64,000 nt of DNA from Candidatus Latescibacterota bacterium (GTDB lineage Bacteria > Latescibacterota > UBA2968 > UBA8231), in assembly GCA_965261395.1 (NCBI GenBank), contig OZ253462.1, positions 5,344,001-5,408,000 on the forward strand, given 5' to 3'. The stretch's first letter is position 1; each line of letters opens with the position of its first letter. Below are positions 20,347 through 30,721 of the stretch, one piece after another. Both the position numbers and the translations under genes were made by a program. The notes under the pieces were generated by a model that was not told the DNA's origin, did not search any database, and saw only the letters and a list, made by a program, of their open reading frames with translations.

Positions 20347-21726
20347 ATGGACCCCATAGCAGAACTAGCCGAATTCGACCGCGAGACCGTCGCCCAAGCC
20401 AAAGCCGTCGAGCAGCGGATCCAAGCCGAGGGCTTTGCCGCCGGGCACATCATCCGCGACGTGCGCGTCTTCCGGGTGCTGATGCCCTGGGTTGGGACCA
20501 AGCGCTGGGATGGCTCGGCCGAGGGATTTACTTTTGCCGAGTTCGAGACCGACAAGGGCTTGGTCGGCATTGCCGAAGGAGCCAACTCGGACGCCGAAGA
20601 ATTAAAGAGCAAAGTCCTAGGTAAAAATCCTTTTGACCCCCATATCCGCGCCGATATGGGCCTAGCCTACTGGGATCTGATCGGCAAAATCGCCAACCGA
20701 CCGTTGGGCCAGTACTTGCACGAACTCTTCGCGCTAGAGACCCCCCTAACAGAGCGCGTACCAATGTCGGCCTATACTTGGTATAGTTTCCCCGACCTCA
20801 ACGGCGAAAACGCCGTCACCTTTGAGAGCTATCCAGCCTACGTGCAGGGCATTATCCGCACCCACGGCTTCCACAACATCAAGCTCTCGATGTGCGATTT
20901 TGAGCCGCAGCACTATGTAGAATTGGTGCGCAACATCCGCGCGGCAGTAGGGCCGGACGTGGACATCCGCGTCGATCCACACGCTTCTTGGGGCGAAGCG
21001 CAGGCGCTGCGCTTTATGCGCGAGGTAGAAGACTACCATCTGGAGTGGATTGAGGAACCGGTGGGCGGGCGTTTCGATCACATCTTTCGCGCTGGCCATC
21101 GCCTGCGGCTGTTGAGTACCATACCGATCTCGTCGCACGCTTGGCTGCCACCGCTGCTACCGCATTCCGATGCCAAGGGTCGCTACGGCGATGGTACCCT
21201 AGACGCGGCGCTGGATCTGGACGCGCTGCGGCGCTGGCAGCCAGCCGACATTTCCGCTCCCGACGCGTACGCGGGGCCGCTGGCGCTCAAGCGCTACTAC
21301 GACGCGGCGCGCTTTATGGGCATGGGGATCGGCATGCACAGCGCGTATGAACTGGGACCGGCAACGGCGATCCGCCTGCACATCGCGGCCTTCACCTTTC
21401 CCTACGAAATCCCCTATCACATCGTCTGGGGGCGAGACCGCGCCTTTCCGCCCTTCTCGGCGCACGCGATCGACGCGCATTACAACCAGTGGGCCGACGA
21501 CGTGATCTGCGGCGGCAAGATGACTTATGATCAGGGGTTCCTCACCGTGCCCAAGGAACCGGGGCTGGGCGTCGAACTCGATCCCGAACGCCTGCGCCAC
21601 TACGCCTTCAGCCAAGAGAAGGCCGCAGCCCATACCCGCCATATCGAACAGATCCGCGCAACCCATCTCGACGCGCTCGGCTGGCGGGTGGAGCGCAGCG
21701 GCTGGCGGCGCTATCGGGCGCGCTAA
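20347..21726 (+). CDS. Divergent enolase-superfamily enzyme
   Basis: FETDKGLVG, YWDLIGK, IKLS, RVDPHASW, WIEEP, MHS..ELG, PGLGVEL. Confidence 0.8.
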   Translation: MDPIAELAEFDRETVAQAKAVEQRIQAEGFAAGHIIRDVRVFRVLMPWVGTKRWDGSAEGFTFAEFETDKGLVGIAEGANSDAEELKSKVLGKNPFDPHIRADMGLAYWDLIGKIANRPLGQYLHELFALETPLTERVPMSAYTWYSFPDLNGENAVTFESYPAYVQGIIRTHGFHNIKLSMCDFEPQHYVELVRNIRAAVGPDVDIRVDPHASWGEAQALRFMREVEDYHLEWIEEPVGGRFDHIFRAGHRLRLLSTIPISSHAWLPPLLPHSDAKGRYGDGTLDAALDLDALRRWQPADISAPDAYAGPLALKRYYDAARFMGMGIGMHSAYELGPATAIRLHIAAFTFPYEIPYHIVWGRDRAFPPFSAHAIDAHYNQWADDVICGGKMTYDQGFLTVPKEPGLGVELDPERLRHYAFSQEKAAAHTRHIEQIRATHLDALGWRVERSGWRRYRAR

Positions 21727-21730
21727 ACCA

Positions 21731-21750
21731 CAAAGGCGATGGAGCCTTTG
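21731..21750. terminator. Hairpin between convergent genes
   Basis: CAAAGGC-gatgga-GCCTTTG, a 7-bp stem between the stops at 21726 and 21753. Confidence 0.5.
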
Positions 21751-21752
21751 GA

Positions 21753-24098
21753 TCAGTAGGCGACGGCAAAGGAGCGGATGGCAATGTCCTCGCCGGCATC
21801 GGCCCCGAGATCTACGTGCAGGAGGTAGATCCCCGGTTCGACTAACGCACCGCTGTCGTCGTGCCCCGACCAAGTATAGTGCTGCTGGACACCCGCTTGG
21901 GCTGCGACCAGCGAGGCCCGGTGGCGACCGGCGAGATCGTGGACGGAAATCTTGGGGACGGTCGCGGCTGCCTTGAAGACGACAAAACGCACCGCCAACA
22001 GGTCGTTGACACCATCGCTATTGGGGGTGAACACCTTGGGCACCTGCAGGTCGGCGATCAGCCGATCGCTGTCGGTCAATGCGGGCAGCATGACGATGTT
22101 GGAGCGGCGCTCCATGGCCTCGACCGACTGCCAGATTCCAGGTCGTGAGCCCAAGCCGAGATCCAAGGCGAAGACCGTGGCGTTTTGTATTACGCGGGTG
22201 GTGAACGAGACGCGAACGGAGTCACTGCGGACAGGGTCCGGCAGGACGACGACTAGCGAATCACCGCGTTGCTCCACTGCGGCGGGGGCGATGACCTGCC
22301 CCCCAATTTCGAGATCGACAGCGCTGGCCGCCGCGGAAAGCACGAAGCGCAGGCGGTCGAAACCGCTGTCCTGTTCCCCGGCCCCAGGCCAGAGGGTATA
22401 GGTGAAGCGGGTATCCGCGTTGGGGTGGGCTTCGCGGGGCTGGATACTGCCTTTGGCCTCCTGCAAGAAGGCGTCTTCAAAGTCGATGGACAGCGCGTTG
22501 ATCGCGGGGGCGACAGCGGGGGCGTCGGTGGCGAGGATCAGTTCCAACTGCAGAAAGCGGCGCGGATTTTGCGACTTGAAGGCCTCGCCGATCAATTTGT
22601 ACTCCTCGCTCCAGGCGTCCCAATCCTCTCCTACAACTATGGTGGTATCGATCCCCCCGCGCAGCACTTTGGGAGAACTGTTCCATTTTTCCTCGGTGAT
22701 CTTTTCGCCTCTTCGATCGTGGAAATCATAGATTTCGTTGAAGGTATTGCCCGAGCGCGAACGTAGTTGCAGACGTGCGCCGGGGGGCAGGTCCGCGTTC
22801 CAAGATAGCCCCTTGATGAACTTGGGACGCCCGTCGCCAGCTTCCGCCCCTAAATCGATAAAGCCCGAGTGCATGACCACCTCGGCGGGGTGCCCCGGCG
22901 AGAACAGCATGAGTTCGGCCCACTTGGAGTTCCAGCCGCTCGTGCTGTGGACGTGCCAGAGCAGATAGCGCACTCGGCGGGGCCGGAACTGATAGCGCAG
23001 GTAGTGCAGGCACTGGGGGCAGTTGTCCGGTTGGAAGAGTAACTCGTTGTACTCGAAGGGCTCGGGGACGGGCAGATCCGTGCCGATGGAAGGCGTGCCG
23101 TCTGAGGCGAGGATCGTAAAGCCCCGCGCAGACCCGGCGATAAACCCGGCAGTGCCCTCCTGCTCCTTGAGTACATAGATGAAGACCCCGTCGAGCCAAA
23201 ATACGGCTCCTAGGTCTGCGTAGAACCAAGTTCCCTGCTCCTGCCAACTGCGCTCCCGGCCGGCGAAGGAGACGGGGGCAATGGCGCTATTGGTGTTCAT
23301 ATTGGCGTCGAAGAGGCTGATATTGGAAACAGAGGTTAGGCCGTCGATGACGGAGCCGCGGCGCTCGAGGCCAATGGAGACGTTATCGCCGATGCCGATG
23401 ATCTCGATCTCGGAGAGTGCCCCTTCTGGGTCGAGGACCTCGACGGTAAAATTGATGTACTGGAGGAGCCGGTACTGGTCTTTTTCTTGCGGATCAATAT
23501 CGATATCTGGGTCGAGTACCTGCGATGTGGCCTTGGATATGAAAGCCAGTGGTATCGAAATCTCGGTCTCCTCGTTGGGGCGAGTAGTGCGATAGACGGG
23601 GTCGAAGAGGAAGAGATCGTCGAGGGGATCAGACGTCACACCGGTGGCGATGAAGACAGTGAATTGCCGGAAGGGCCGCGCGCCTTGTTGGTCGGGGAAG
23701 GTGAGGCGAATTTCCTTGGCTAGTACTGCGCGTCCTAGGTCAATCTGCACGAACCACTCGCCGACGACCGCGTCCGGGTCGGGCTTCCAAAAGGTGCTAG
23801 GGTCGCCGTCGATGACGTGCCCTGCCGTAGCTTGGCCGCTACCGACCTCCCATAAGCCGCCGGCGACGGCGTCGCGGGTCTTAGTCGGGTGGGTGAAGAG
23901 GGGGGCATCGGCGATCACGTTAGTGTTCTTGTGGTACTTGACTAACTGTAGCTGGCCCCTCTCACCGATTTGCACTAGGCCGAACGGTGCCTCCCAACTC
24001 GCCCAGTCCTCAGCGCTGTCGAAGGTCAAGCGCTCGGCCGAGCTGGGGCGGACGGACGATAATAGAAACAGACCGCAGAGTAAAAGGCCAATACGCAC
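21753..24098 (-). CDS. Secreted discoidin-like / FlgD-Ig C-terminal protein (paralogue 1)
   Basis: GTG start after AGGAG; signal peptide; IDGDPSTFW..QIDLGR; RSRSGN; VFTPNSDGVND..WSGHD..PGIY..AVAY. Confidence 0.8.
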   Translation of the reverse strand: MRIGLLLCGLFLLSSVRPSSAERLTFDSAEDWASWEAPFGLVQIGERGQLQLVKYHKNTNVIADAPLFTHPTKTRDAVAGGLWEVGSGQATAGHVIDGDPSTFWKPDPDAVVGEWFVQIDLGRAVLAKEIRLTFPDQQGARPFRQFTVFIATGVTSDPLDDLFLFDPVYRTTRPNEETEISIPLAFISKATSQVLDPDIDIDPQEKDQYRLLQYINFTVEVLDPEGALSEIEIIGIGDNVSIGLERRGSVIDGLTSVSNISLFDANMNTNSAIAPVSFAGRERSWQEQGTWFYADLGAVFWLDGVFIYVLKEQEGTAGFIAGSARGFTILASDGTPSIGTDLPVPEPFEYNELLFQPDNCPQCLHYLRYQFRPRRVRYLLWHVHSTSGWNSKWAELMLFSPGHPAEVVMHSGFIDLGAEAGDGRPKFIKGLSWNADLPPGARLQLRSRSGNTFNEIYDFHDRRGEKITEEKWNSSPKVLRGGIDTTIVVGEDWDAWSEEYKLIGEAFKSQNPRRFLQLELILATDAPAVAPAINALSIDFEDAFLQEAKGSIQPREAHPNADTRFTYTLWPGAGEQDSGFDRLRFVLSAAASAVDLEIGGQVIAPAAVEQRGDSLVVVLPDPVRSDSVRVSFTTRVIQNATVFALDLGLGSRPGIWQSVEAMERRSNIVMLPALTDSDRLIADLQVPKVFTPNSDGVNDLLAVRFVVFKAAATVPKISVHDLAGRHRASLVAAQAGVQQHYTWSGHDDSGALVEPGIYLLHVDLGADAGEDIAIRSFAVAY

Positions 24099-24108
24099 GT
24101 TGACTCTC

Positions 24109-26169
24109 CTAATAGGCGATGCCCAGCGGCCGCAGTTGGGGCTGCTGGGGGGTATGGGTACCGAGGGAGATCGCCAGGAGGTAAAGTCCCGGTGCGAGGA
24201 CCCTGCCCTGCTGGTCGCGGCCATCCCAAGTGATCTGTTGGGGACCCGAATCCTGGATCCCCATGGCGACCCGAGCGACTCGACGGCCATCGAGCGCGTA
24301 CAGTTCGAGGGCCACCGGCACTTGCTGGGGCAGGCGAAACAGCGAATAAGCGATGTGCAGTTCGTCGTGAATTTGGTCGCCGTTGGGCGTCAAGATCGGG
24401 GTCGAAAAGGTGAGATCCTGGATGAGATCGAGAGAAGCGTCCGAGGCACTGAGTACCCGCAGGCTGTTGGTCGAAACAGCCTCGCCGGCGTCGCCAGGTA
24501 CGATCTGCTGAGGCAGGCTCTCGCTATCCGTAGAGAGAACCTCGCCCTCGAAAGTCACAGCAAATTCAAAGACTTCAGTGCCAAAGACCACCCGGATGGG
24601 CGGGTTTTGGGTTGGAGTTACCCGATCGGGAAGGCGGACGACTAGGGCGCTTTCTGCCTCCACTACTTCTGCTGGGGCAACCGCTGCAAGGGGTGTGCCC
24701 ATTTCTAGGCGTCGGAAAGCAGCCCGGTTGCTCGTGTGGATGCGCAGGGCGTCGAAGCCGGAGACCTGATCGCTGGTAAAAACGGCTTGTACGTCATAGA
24801 CAAAATCAGTCATCGCGCCCAACTCGACCTCGGTAACGCCGCGCTGAGGCTGGAGGTCATCGGCTCTGGCCACTTCGCCGTGAACGTCGTCGGCCAGCAG
24901 CGGCGCGGTCTCGACCCAAAGCGAGTCGAGGCGGACCCAAGTGTCGAAGTCTTGGCTTTTGAGCGTGATAGTGAACTGAAGGTGCGAGCCGGAGCGCAGC
25001 CGAAGCGGCTGTCCCGACTCGGTAAAGGGCACCGACCAAAAGGTCCAGTTGTCGCTGTCGTAGGCGATTGAGGCGCGGACCCCGGGTTTGGGCTCGCGGG
25101 TGCGGAAGCTACCGGCGTCGGCACTGACCCGGACGAGCCGGGCCCTGAGGTCGTTTTCGTAGCGTTGGCGCGAAACTTCCTTTTCTAGGCCGGTATTGGT
25201 GAACTCGTGATAAATGTCCGGGGTATCGTCGCGGCCGGAGCGCACCTCGACCTTGACCGAGACGGGCGCGTCCGGGTCCTGAACTGCGATGTTGTTGGCC
25301 ATGCGCATAGGAGTAGCGGCCCAGTGCAGGCTACCGAAGTTGATGATTGACCCTAGATCCGCAATTTTGGTGACGTAGATCACCCGCTGCGGCACCCCCA
25401 AGGCGAAAAACTCGAAGTCGCCGATATTGCCCTTGATCGCCCGGGCTTGGTTACCTTGGGCACCGCAATCGCGGCAGCCGCCCAGCGCCTCTTCGTCGAG
25501 GATCGACAATTGCCGTCGCCAGCGGATGAAGCGCACGTACTCACGCGGAAAGTCGAGGTGGATGGTGGGGTCGAGGTTTTCGGCCACATCGGCGATGACC
25601 TTTTCCAGCAGGTCGTTGCTTCCTTTGGGGATCGCCGGGTCTGCGTCGCCGCCGATGGAGACATCGAACGCGGGGGGCGCGTCGATCAGGGTGGGGCTGC
25701 CATCGATGCGGAACCCCACGGGCGAAGTGAAGAAGCCGAACCGGACAGCCGGCACTGGCACGGCCACATCAATGGTGAAGTACTCGGCGGATATCCCTCC
25801 TTGGGCGATGGGGATATTGTAGGAAGTGCTGTCGCCGTCAATCAGCCAGGAGCCGTTTTCGGAGGGGTCGGGAATCCCGTCTTTGAACTTCCATATCCGC
25901 GGCATCTGGCTATCTATATAGCCTAGAATTTTGTCGCTGGGATCGCGCCAGAATTGCCAGTTGTGCAAATGCGAAAACACGGTCCGGTCCGGCGTCAGGT
26001 ACCTTGGCTGGATCGCCCCCGGCGTGCGTTCAAAGTCGATGAGTATTTCGACCGAGTCGGTTTGGCTCCACTCTAGGCCGCTACCCCCCAGTTGCCAGAT
26101 GCCTAGCTGAGCCTCCCCCGCTGTCGCTGACAGCAAACCTAAGGCGACGCATCGCCATAGATTGTGCAT
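24109..26169 (-). CDS. Secreted FlgD-Ig C-terminal protein (paralogue 2)
   Basis: ATG after GGAGG; signal peptide; LIDGDSTS; VRSGRD; LTPNGDQIHD..WDGRDQQG..PGLY..GIAY. Confidence 0.8.
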   Translation of the reverse strand: MHNLWRCVALGLLSATAGEAQLGIWQLGGSGLEWSQTDSVEILIDFERTPGAIQPRYLTPDRTVFSHLHNWQFWRDPSDKILGYIDSQMPRIWKFKDGIPDPSENGSWLIDGDSTSYNIPIAQGGISAEYFTIDVAVPVPAVRFGFFTSPVGFRIDGSPTLIDAPPAFDVSIGGDADPAIPKGSNDLLEKVIADVAENLDPTIHLDFPREYVRFIRWRRQLSILDEEALGGCRDCGAQGNQARAIKGNIGDFEFFALGVPQRVIYVTKIADLGSIINFGSLHWAATPMRMANNIAVQDPDAPVSVKVEVRSGRDDTPDIYHEFTNTGLEKEVSRQRYENDLRARLVRVSADAGSFRTREPKPGVRASIAYDSDNWTFWSVPFTESGQPLRLRSGSHLQFTITLKSQDFDTWVRLDSLWVETAPLLADDVHGEVARADDLQPQRGVTEVELGAMTDFVYDVQAVFTSDQVSGFDALRIHTSNRAAFRRLEMGTPLAAVAPAEVVEAESALVVRLPDRVTPTQNPPIRVVFGTEVFEFAVTFEGEVLSTDSESLPQQIVPGDAGEAVSTNSLRVLSASDASLDLIQDLTFSTPILTPNGDQIHDELHIAYSLFRLPQQVPVALELYALDGRRVARVAMGIQDSGPQQITWDGRDQQGRVLAPGLYLLAISLGTHTPQQPQLRPLGIAY

Positions 26170-26265
26170 AGATCGCCTCCGTGGTAGATATGCCAATGTA
26201 CTCCTCATTTAATATGCAATACGACAACACTTAACAAGCAAAAGCGGCGATCGGCGAGTAAGGCT

Positions 26266-28674
26266 TCAATAAACAACTGAGACCACGCGCCGCACGCGCT
26301 GCTGATGCGCATCTCCATCAAGGTGGAGTTCGAGCACGTAGAGGCCGGGCGGCACCAGTTGCCCTGCTCGGTCGCGGCCATCCCAGGTGAAGTGGTGGGC
26401 ACCCGCAGTGACGGCTTGCGAGCGCTCGACGAGCGCATAGCCGGCCAAGTCGTAGAGCCGCAGGTGCCAAGGGCGCGGTTCGAGGAGGTTGATCACGTCG
26501 GCGTGGACGGCGAGCGCATCGTTTATGCCGTCGCCGTTGGGCGTCAGCACCTCCGTGTCGAAGACGACGTTGAGCAGCAGGTCGCGGGCGACGGGCAGGC
26601 CGACGACGTTGGTGCTGCTGGCGACTTGATCGGTAGCATCCCCGGGATCGACGCGCTGGCGGCTGGAGTCTTCGGTGCGCGCGTCTTGAATAAAAAGGAC
26701 GAAGGGGGTGGATTGCTGAAAAACCTGTGCGGCGAAGCGCAATTCGACTATATCGTCGTCGCGCAGTGGCTGGGGAAAGGTCACCGCAAACCCAGCTTCG
26801 ACCGACTCATCTGTGACCTCTAAGGGAGTGTCGTTGACCAAGGCGCCAATAAAGCGCGTCGGCGTCGGCGTCTCCAAGACGAGGCGGTCGAACCCAGATG
26901 CCTTGGTTTCACGCGGGCGCAAGAAGAAGCGGAACTCAGTTTCCTCGCCCGGCAAAACATGGGTCGGGAAAATTTCGCTGACCGCGCGCCCGGATAGCGG
27001 ATCGCTAAAGACAATGCTAAGCGCGTCGAGTTGGAGTGCCACCGAGGGGTCTGCGGAGACCATCCACATCTGGAGCTGAGCGTAGCGCCGCGGCGAGGGC
27101 GACTGGAACTCCTGGCCGGAGAAGGCGTAGAGCTTACTCCACGCGCTCCAGTCGTCGCCGATGACCCGGGAGGTGTCGATAGGCCCTTTGAAGCTCGGAA
27201 TCAACTTGTCATAGCGCCTCTCGGTGACTTCCTTGCCGTTCTTGTCGTAGTACGTGAGCAAGTTTTCGACTTTGTTGCCGGAGCGGCTGCGCAGCTCCAG
27301 CCGGGTGCCTAGCGGGATGTCGGCCTCCCAGGATAGGGCGTTGAGGCTTTTGGGGCTTTGGAAGTCCATGATGTGCGAGCGAAATTCCAAGTTCTGCGGG
27401 AAGCCCTCGCCAAATACCTGAAGCTCCTCGGCAAAGCCCCGGAAGGCCCAGCGATTGCTCGCGTCCCAGCTCTTCCACAGCACCCGGATAAAGCGGGTGG
27501 GCACCAGCCCAAACTCGTGGGTGGCGGCACCGGTTACTTGTTTGACGTGTCGGGTGGCGGTGCCAGAATAGTACTTCTGCCAGATCAGGGTGCCATCGGG
27601 CGCTACGGAGCCATCGGAACCGAGCACCTCGTAGAAATTGAACCCAAAGGAGCGCCGGGTGACGAAGAAGTCGACGAACCGACCGCTGCCACCAGTGATG
27701 CCACCGCCGGGCCGGGCGACTACGCCACCGACGATTTTGAGCCTATCGACAAAGTAGGTGGCACCCAAGTCGAGGACGATGTGCGAAAAGACATCGCGCT
27801 CGGCTTGGATGGTGCGCCGCACGAACCAGCGGGTGGAAAGATCGCCGTCAATGAGCACTTGGGCGTTACCCAGCGGAATGAGGTCTTGAGTGACAAACGC
27901 ATCGAGGACGACTTCGAGGTTGCCGCCGCGTTCGAGCGTCCCCAAAGCTAGATTGTCGCCTAGCGCTTCGACTTCGACTTCGAGAAGGCGGGTATTCGGT
28001 TCGAGGGCGAGCAGATCTAGGCGCACGTACTGAATCGGCGTGTGGAAGGACTGGTCGAGTTCATAAGTGATCTCGTGGCGGGTGTTTTCCTTAAATCGCT
28101 CGCGCTGGCGGTAGATGACGGCCTCGGCGATGGGGTTGTCCACCTCGTCAACGGCGTGTTCGCCAGTGGAAAGCAGCAGGTCAAAAAGCGACGGCGCAGG
28201 GCCTTGGGGATCGAAGATCAGCTTGACTCGACGGGCGGAGACGCCCCGGCCCAAATCGACCTCAATGGTCCAGCTTGCGGGGGGATCGTCCAGATGGGGG
28301 TACCAGCCGGTGGCGCGATCGCCATCCATGACCAGCGGCGCGTCTCCTAGGTTGGAACCAGCGCGGCGGATACCGCCGCCAAAGGCGGCGGCATTGAGGA
28401 CGGCATTGATGTCGCGGCGAACAGCAACGGGCTTGAGAGCACCCTGTGGGGTCAGCTCGACCGTGCCGGGCAGCGGCCAAGCCTGCCAGTCGCGGCGGGA
28501 GGCAAAGCGAATCTCGTCAGCACTCGCCGGAGGCAGCCAGAAAGTCGCGCCGAGCAAGGCGCAAAAAACCGCACAGTAGCGCGTTACGCACCCCGTGAAG
28601 AAAGGCGGTGATCGCCCAAGGCGTTGGTCGCTGGAGTCCATGGTTCGCCCTGCCCCTGCATAGAGTGGATTCAA
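26266..28674 (-). CDS. Secreted discoidin-like / FlgD-Ig C-terminal protein (paralogue 3; start uncertain)
   Basis: Signal peptide ending ASA; two DGD..W..DLG modules; YDKNGKEVTERRYDKLIPSFKGPIDT; LTPNGDGIND..WDGRD..SVVY. Confidence 0.8.
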   Translation of the reverse strand: MNPLYAGAGRTMDSSDQRLGRSPPFFTGCVTRYCAVFCALLGATFWLPPASADEIRFASRRDWQAWPLPGTVELTPQGALKPVAVRRDINAVLNAAAFGGGIRRAGSNLGDAPLVMDGDRATGWYPHLDDPPASWTIEVDLGRGVSARRVKLIFDPQGPAPSLFDLLLSTGEHAVDEVDNPIAEAVIYRQRERFKENTRHEITYELDQSFHTPIQYVRLDLLALEPNTRLLEVEVEALGDNLALGTLERGGNLEVVLDAFVTQDLIPLGNAQVLIDGDLSTRWFVRRTIQAERDVFSHIVLDLGATYFVDRLKIVGGVVARPGGGITGGSGRFVDFFVTRRSFGFNFYEVLGSDGSVAPDGTLIWQKYYSGTATRHVKQVTGAATHEFGLVPTRFIRVLWKSWDASNRWAFRGFAEELQVFGEGFPQNLEFRSHIMDFQSPKSLNALSWEADIPLGTRLELRSRSGNKVENLLTYYDKNGKEVTERRYDKLIPSFKGPIDTSRVIGDDWSAWSKLYAFSGQEFQSPSPRRYAQLQMWMVSADPSVALQLDALSIVFSDPLSGRAVSEIFPTHVLPGEETEFRFFLRPRETKASGFDRLVLETPTPTRFIGALVNDTPLEVTDESVEAGFAVTFPQPLRDDDIVELRFAAQVFQQSTPFVLFIQDARTEDSSRQRVDPGDATDQVASSTNVVGLPVARDLLLNVVFDTEVLTPNGDGINDALAVHADVINLLEPRPWHLRLYDLAGYALVERSQAVTAGAHHFTWDGRDRAGQLVPPGLYVLELHLDGDAHQQRVRRVVSVVY

Positions 28675-28677
28675 AAG

Positions 28678-29442
28678 CTACTTCTGCAAGACTCGGCCGG
28701 TGCCATGGCGGTCCCAAATCCCCACCGCACCGTTGCGCTGCTCATCGGCCCCCAAGAAGATGAGGTGGGTTCCATTGGCGGCATTGACGTGCAAGCCGCC
28801 GTTGCCGCCGGTACCTGCACCAGCGTAGATCAGGTTGTCGCCGGTGTGGCTGTTGAGCAGCAAGCCGCCGTTTTGCGACGAATCGGCACCGGCGAGGAAG
28901 ATGTTGACGCCCGCGGCATTGTTGGCCATCAGCAGGCCGCTGCCTTTGTCTTCGCCCGCGGCAACGAGCAAGGCACCGGCCGCACTTCGCAGCGCCAAGT
29001 GACCGCTGCCGACCTCGCTCTCGCCTAGGTACGCCAACTGCTCGCCCGCCGCACTGTATACCTGCAACGCGCCGCCCTCTTGGTCGTTGCTTACAACTGA
29101 GACCAGCGGCGCACCAGTAGCCGTGTTGACCACGAGCAAGCCGTGACCGGCTGCGTCGGTACTAAAGCTGACCCCGCCCCGTCCCTTGCCAGCCCCCACC
29201 CACAAAACGCCATTTTGGCGTTCGTCAGCCGTAGCGACGAGCACGGGCTGCCCCTCGTCGTTGAGGATTTCAATGGCACGGGCGCGGATCACATCGACCC
29301 CGGACGCCGTGCTCATCAAGGCGGTGCTCAGCGACGCGCTCAGCACAATGGCAATGTCGGTTAGGGCCAGCGCGGCCAACAGCGCCAAGAGGCGGCGGCC
29401 AATGTATTGCTCCAAAGAAGCGTAGGGTTGGAAGGCGCGCAT
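28678..29442 (-). CDS. Membrane-anchored repeat protein (~23-aa repeats)
   Basis: GAGGA RBS; hydrophobic N-terminal segment; about 8 G-x-L-x-V/L-N-x-x-x-G repeats. Confidence 0.65.
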   Translation of the reverse strand: MRAFQPYASLEQYIGRRLLALLAALALTDIAIVLSASLSTALMSTASGVDVIRARAIEILNDEGQPVLVATADERQNGVLWVGAGKGRGGVSFSTDAAGHGLLVVNTATGAPLVSVVSNDQEGGALQVYSAAGEQLAYLGESEVGSGHLALRSAAGALLVAAGEDKGSGLLMANNAAGVNIFLAGADSSQNGGLLLNSHTGDNLIYAGAGTGGNGGLHVNAANGTHLIFLGADEQRNGAVGIWDRHGTGRVLQK

Positions 29443-29501
29443 ATGGATCCTCTCGGTAAAAAGCGATTTTTCGTCCATCGCATCGGGCCTATTTTGCTCG
29501 C

Positions 29502-30493
29502 TCAGAAACTGACTCGCCATATGCCCGTGGCTTGTCTGGCCATCCAGGTTTGGTGTGAGCGGATCTTCTCCACAGTCCAAGTATCAAAGTCTTCTGCCAG
29601 CTTGCGCGTTATTGCGAAGTCGCTCTTCTGGTAAACCAAGCGCTTTGCGGCATATCCCGAGTTGCCCAGATCGCGATTGTCTGCGGTCGTCAAGAGGGTC
29701 ATGTTACCTAGACAGTAGGTGGACGCCTCCCGCTGTTGGTCGTCGAACTGGTGCCAGTCGTCGCGCGGATTTTCTGGCAGCACCTGCTCAATGCCATGCT
29801 TTGCGCTCTCGAATTCAAAGTGCTGCCCCGACAACTGAGTTTCGAGCCGGAACAGTATAAAGCGCACGACTTTATTGTTGCGGGAACTGGTTGTTCGCAG
29901 CGCCTTGTCTGCAAACGCCGCCCTGAATTCCGCGTCCTCGGCTCACCGTCATCACCTGATCGGTCCTTGATGCGCTCCCTGAACCAGAGAAACGCCCGGC
30001 GCAGGAGATGTTCCGATGCGTTCAATCCTCTTTGCGGCAAACTCTCCAAGGGAACTAGGTAATTCTGGTAAAAGCGATCGTTATGCCGATTTAGCGTCAG
30101 CTTGGAGCGCGGCACTAGGCTCACTGGGTCCAAATAGCCAATGTAATTGCTACGCAACTGCTCTGCGCGCCGACGTTGTGGGTCAGCCGGGTCAGCCGGC
30201 ACGGCCAAGTCTGTCAGATGCGCTACCGCCGCCAGCATCAACAGGCTCAGCGTGGTCATGTGCTGCTGTCCATCGATGACATCGAACGTCCTGTTGTCCG
30301 CCGATTGCAGTACTAGATAGCCCATGTAATGAGCGGGTTCTGGGTCCTCACCGAACAGCGCGACAAGATCCTGCCATAGGTCATCCCACTCGTCGCCCCC
30401 CCAAGAATAGTCGCGTTGGAACAGCGGTACGCGATAACTCATCCCATTGCCCATAAGTTGGCGAAACGTGCTGTTGGTGGTATTGAAGTTCAT
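29502..30493 (-). pseudogene. Second GmrSD-like (DUF262/DUF1524) gene with an internal deletion
   Basis: VPLFQRDYSW and IDGQQH in the N-part; out-of-frame junction at ~29941 to DAEFRAAF..IEQVLPENP..LGNMTL; the FETLN region is missing. Confidence 0.88.
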
Positions 30494-30541
30494 CTGCGAA
30501 ACACCTTCACAATCTCGTCCCCGAGGTGGTTGATGAAGACC

Positions 30542-30721
30542 CTACCGATGGCATTTTTATCCTTGACAACACTCGATACTGCCCACCCCGGCCGCTGCTA
30601 TTTCTTCAGGACGTTGAGGCCGCCATCTCCCTAGGCGCTGGGGAACCGACCCACAGACGCCGTTTTGGTGCTCTAATCTCAAACTTACGCAAGGAGGAGG
30701 CCAATGGCCAAGATCAAGGAA
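30542..30721 (+). repeat. Direct repeat B1: copy of the leader, RBS and first 6 codons (MAKIKE) of the 33469 gene
   Basis: Aligns with 33308-33486, roughly 80-85% identical by eye. Confidence 0.93.
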
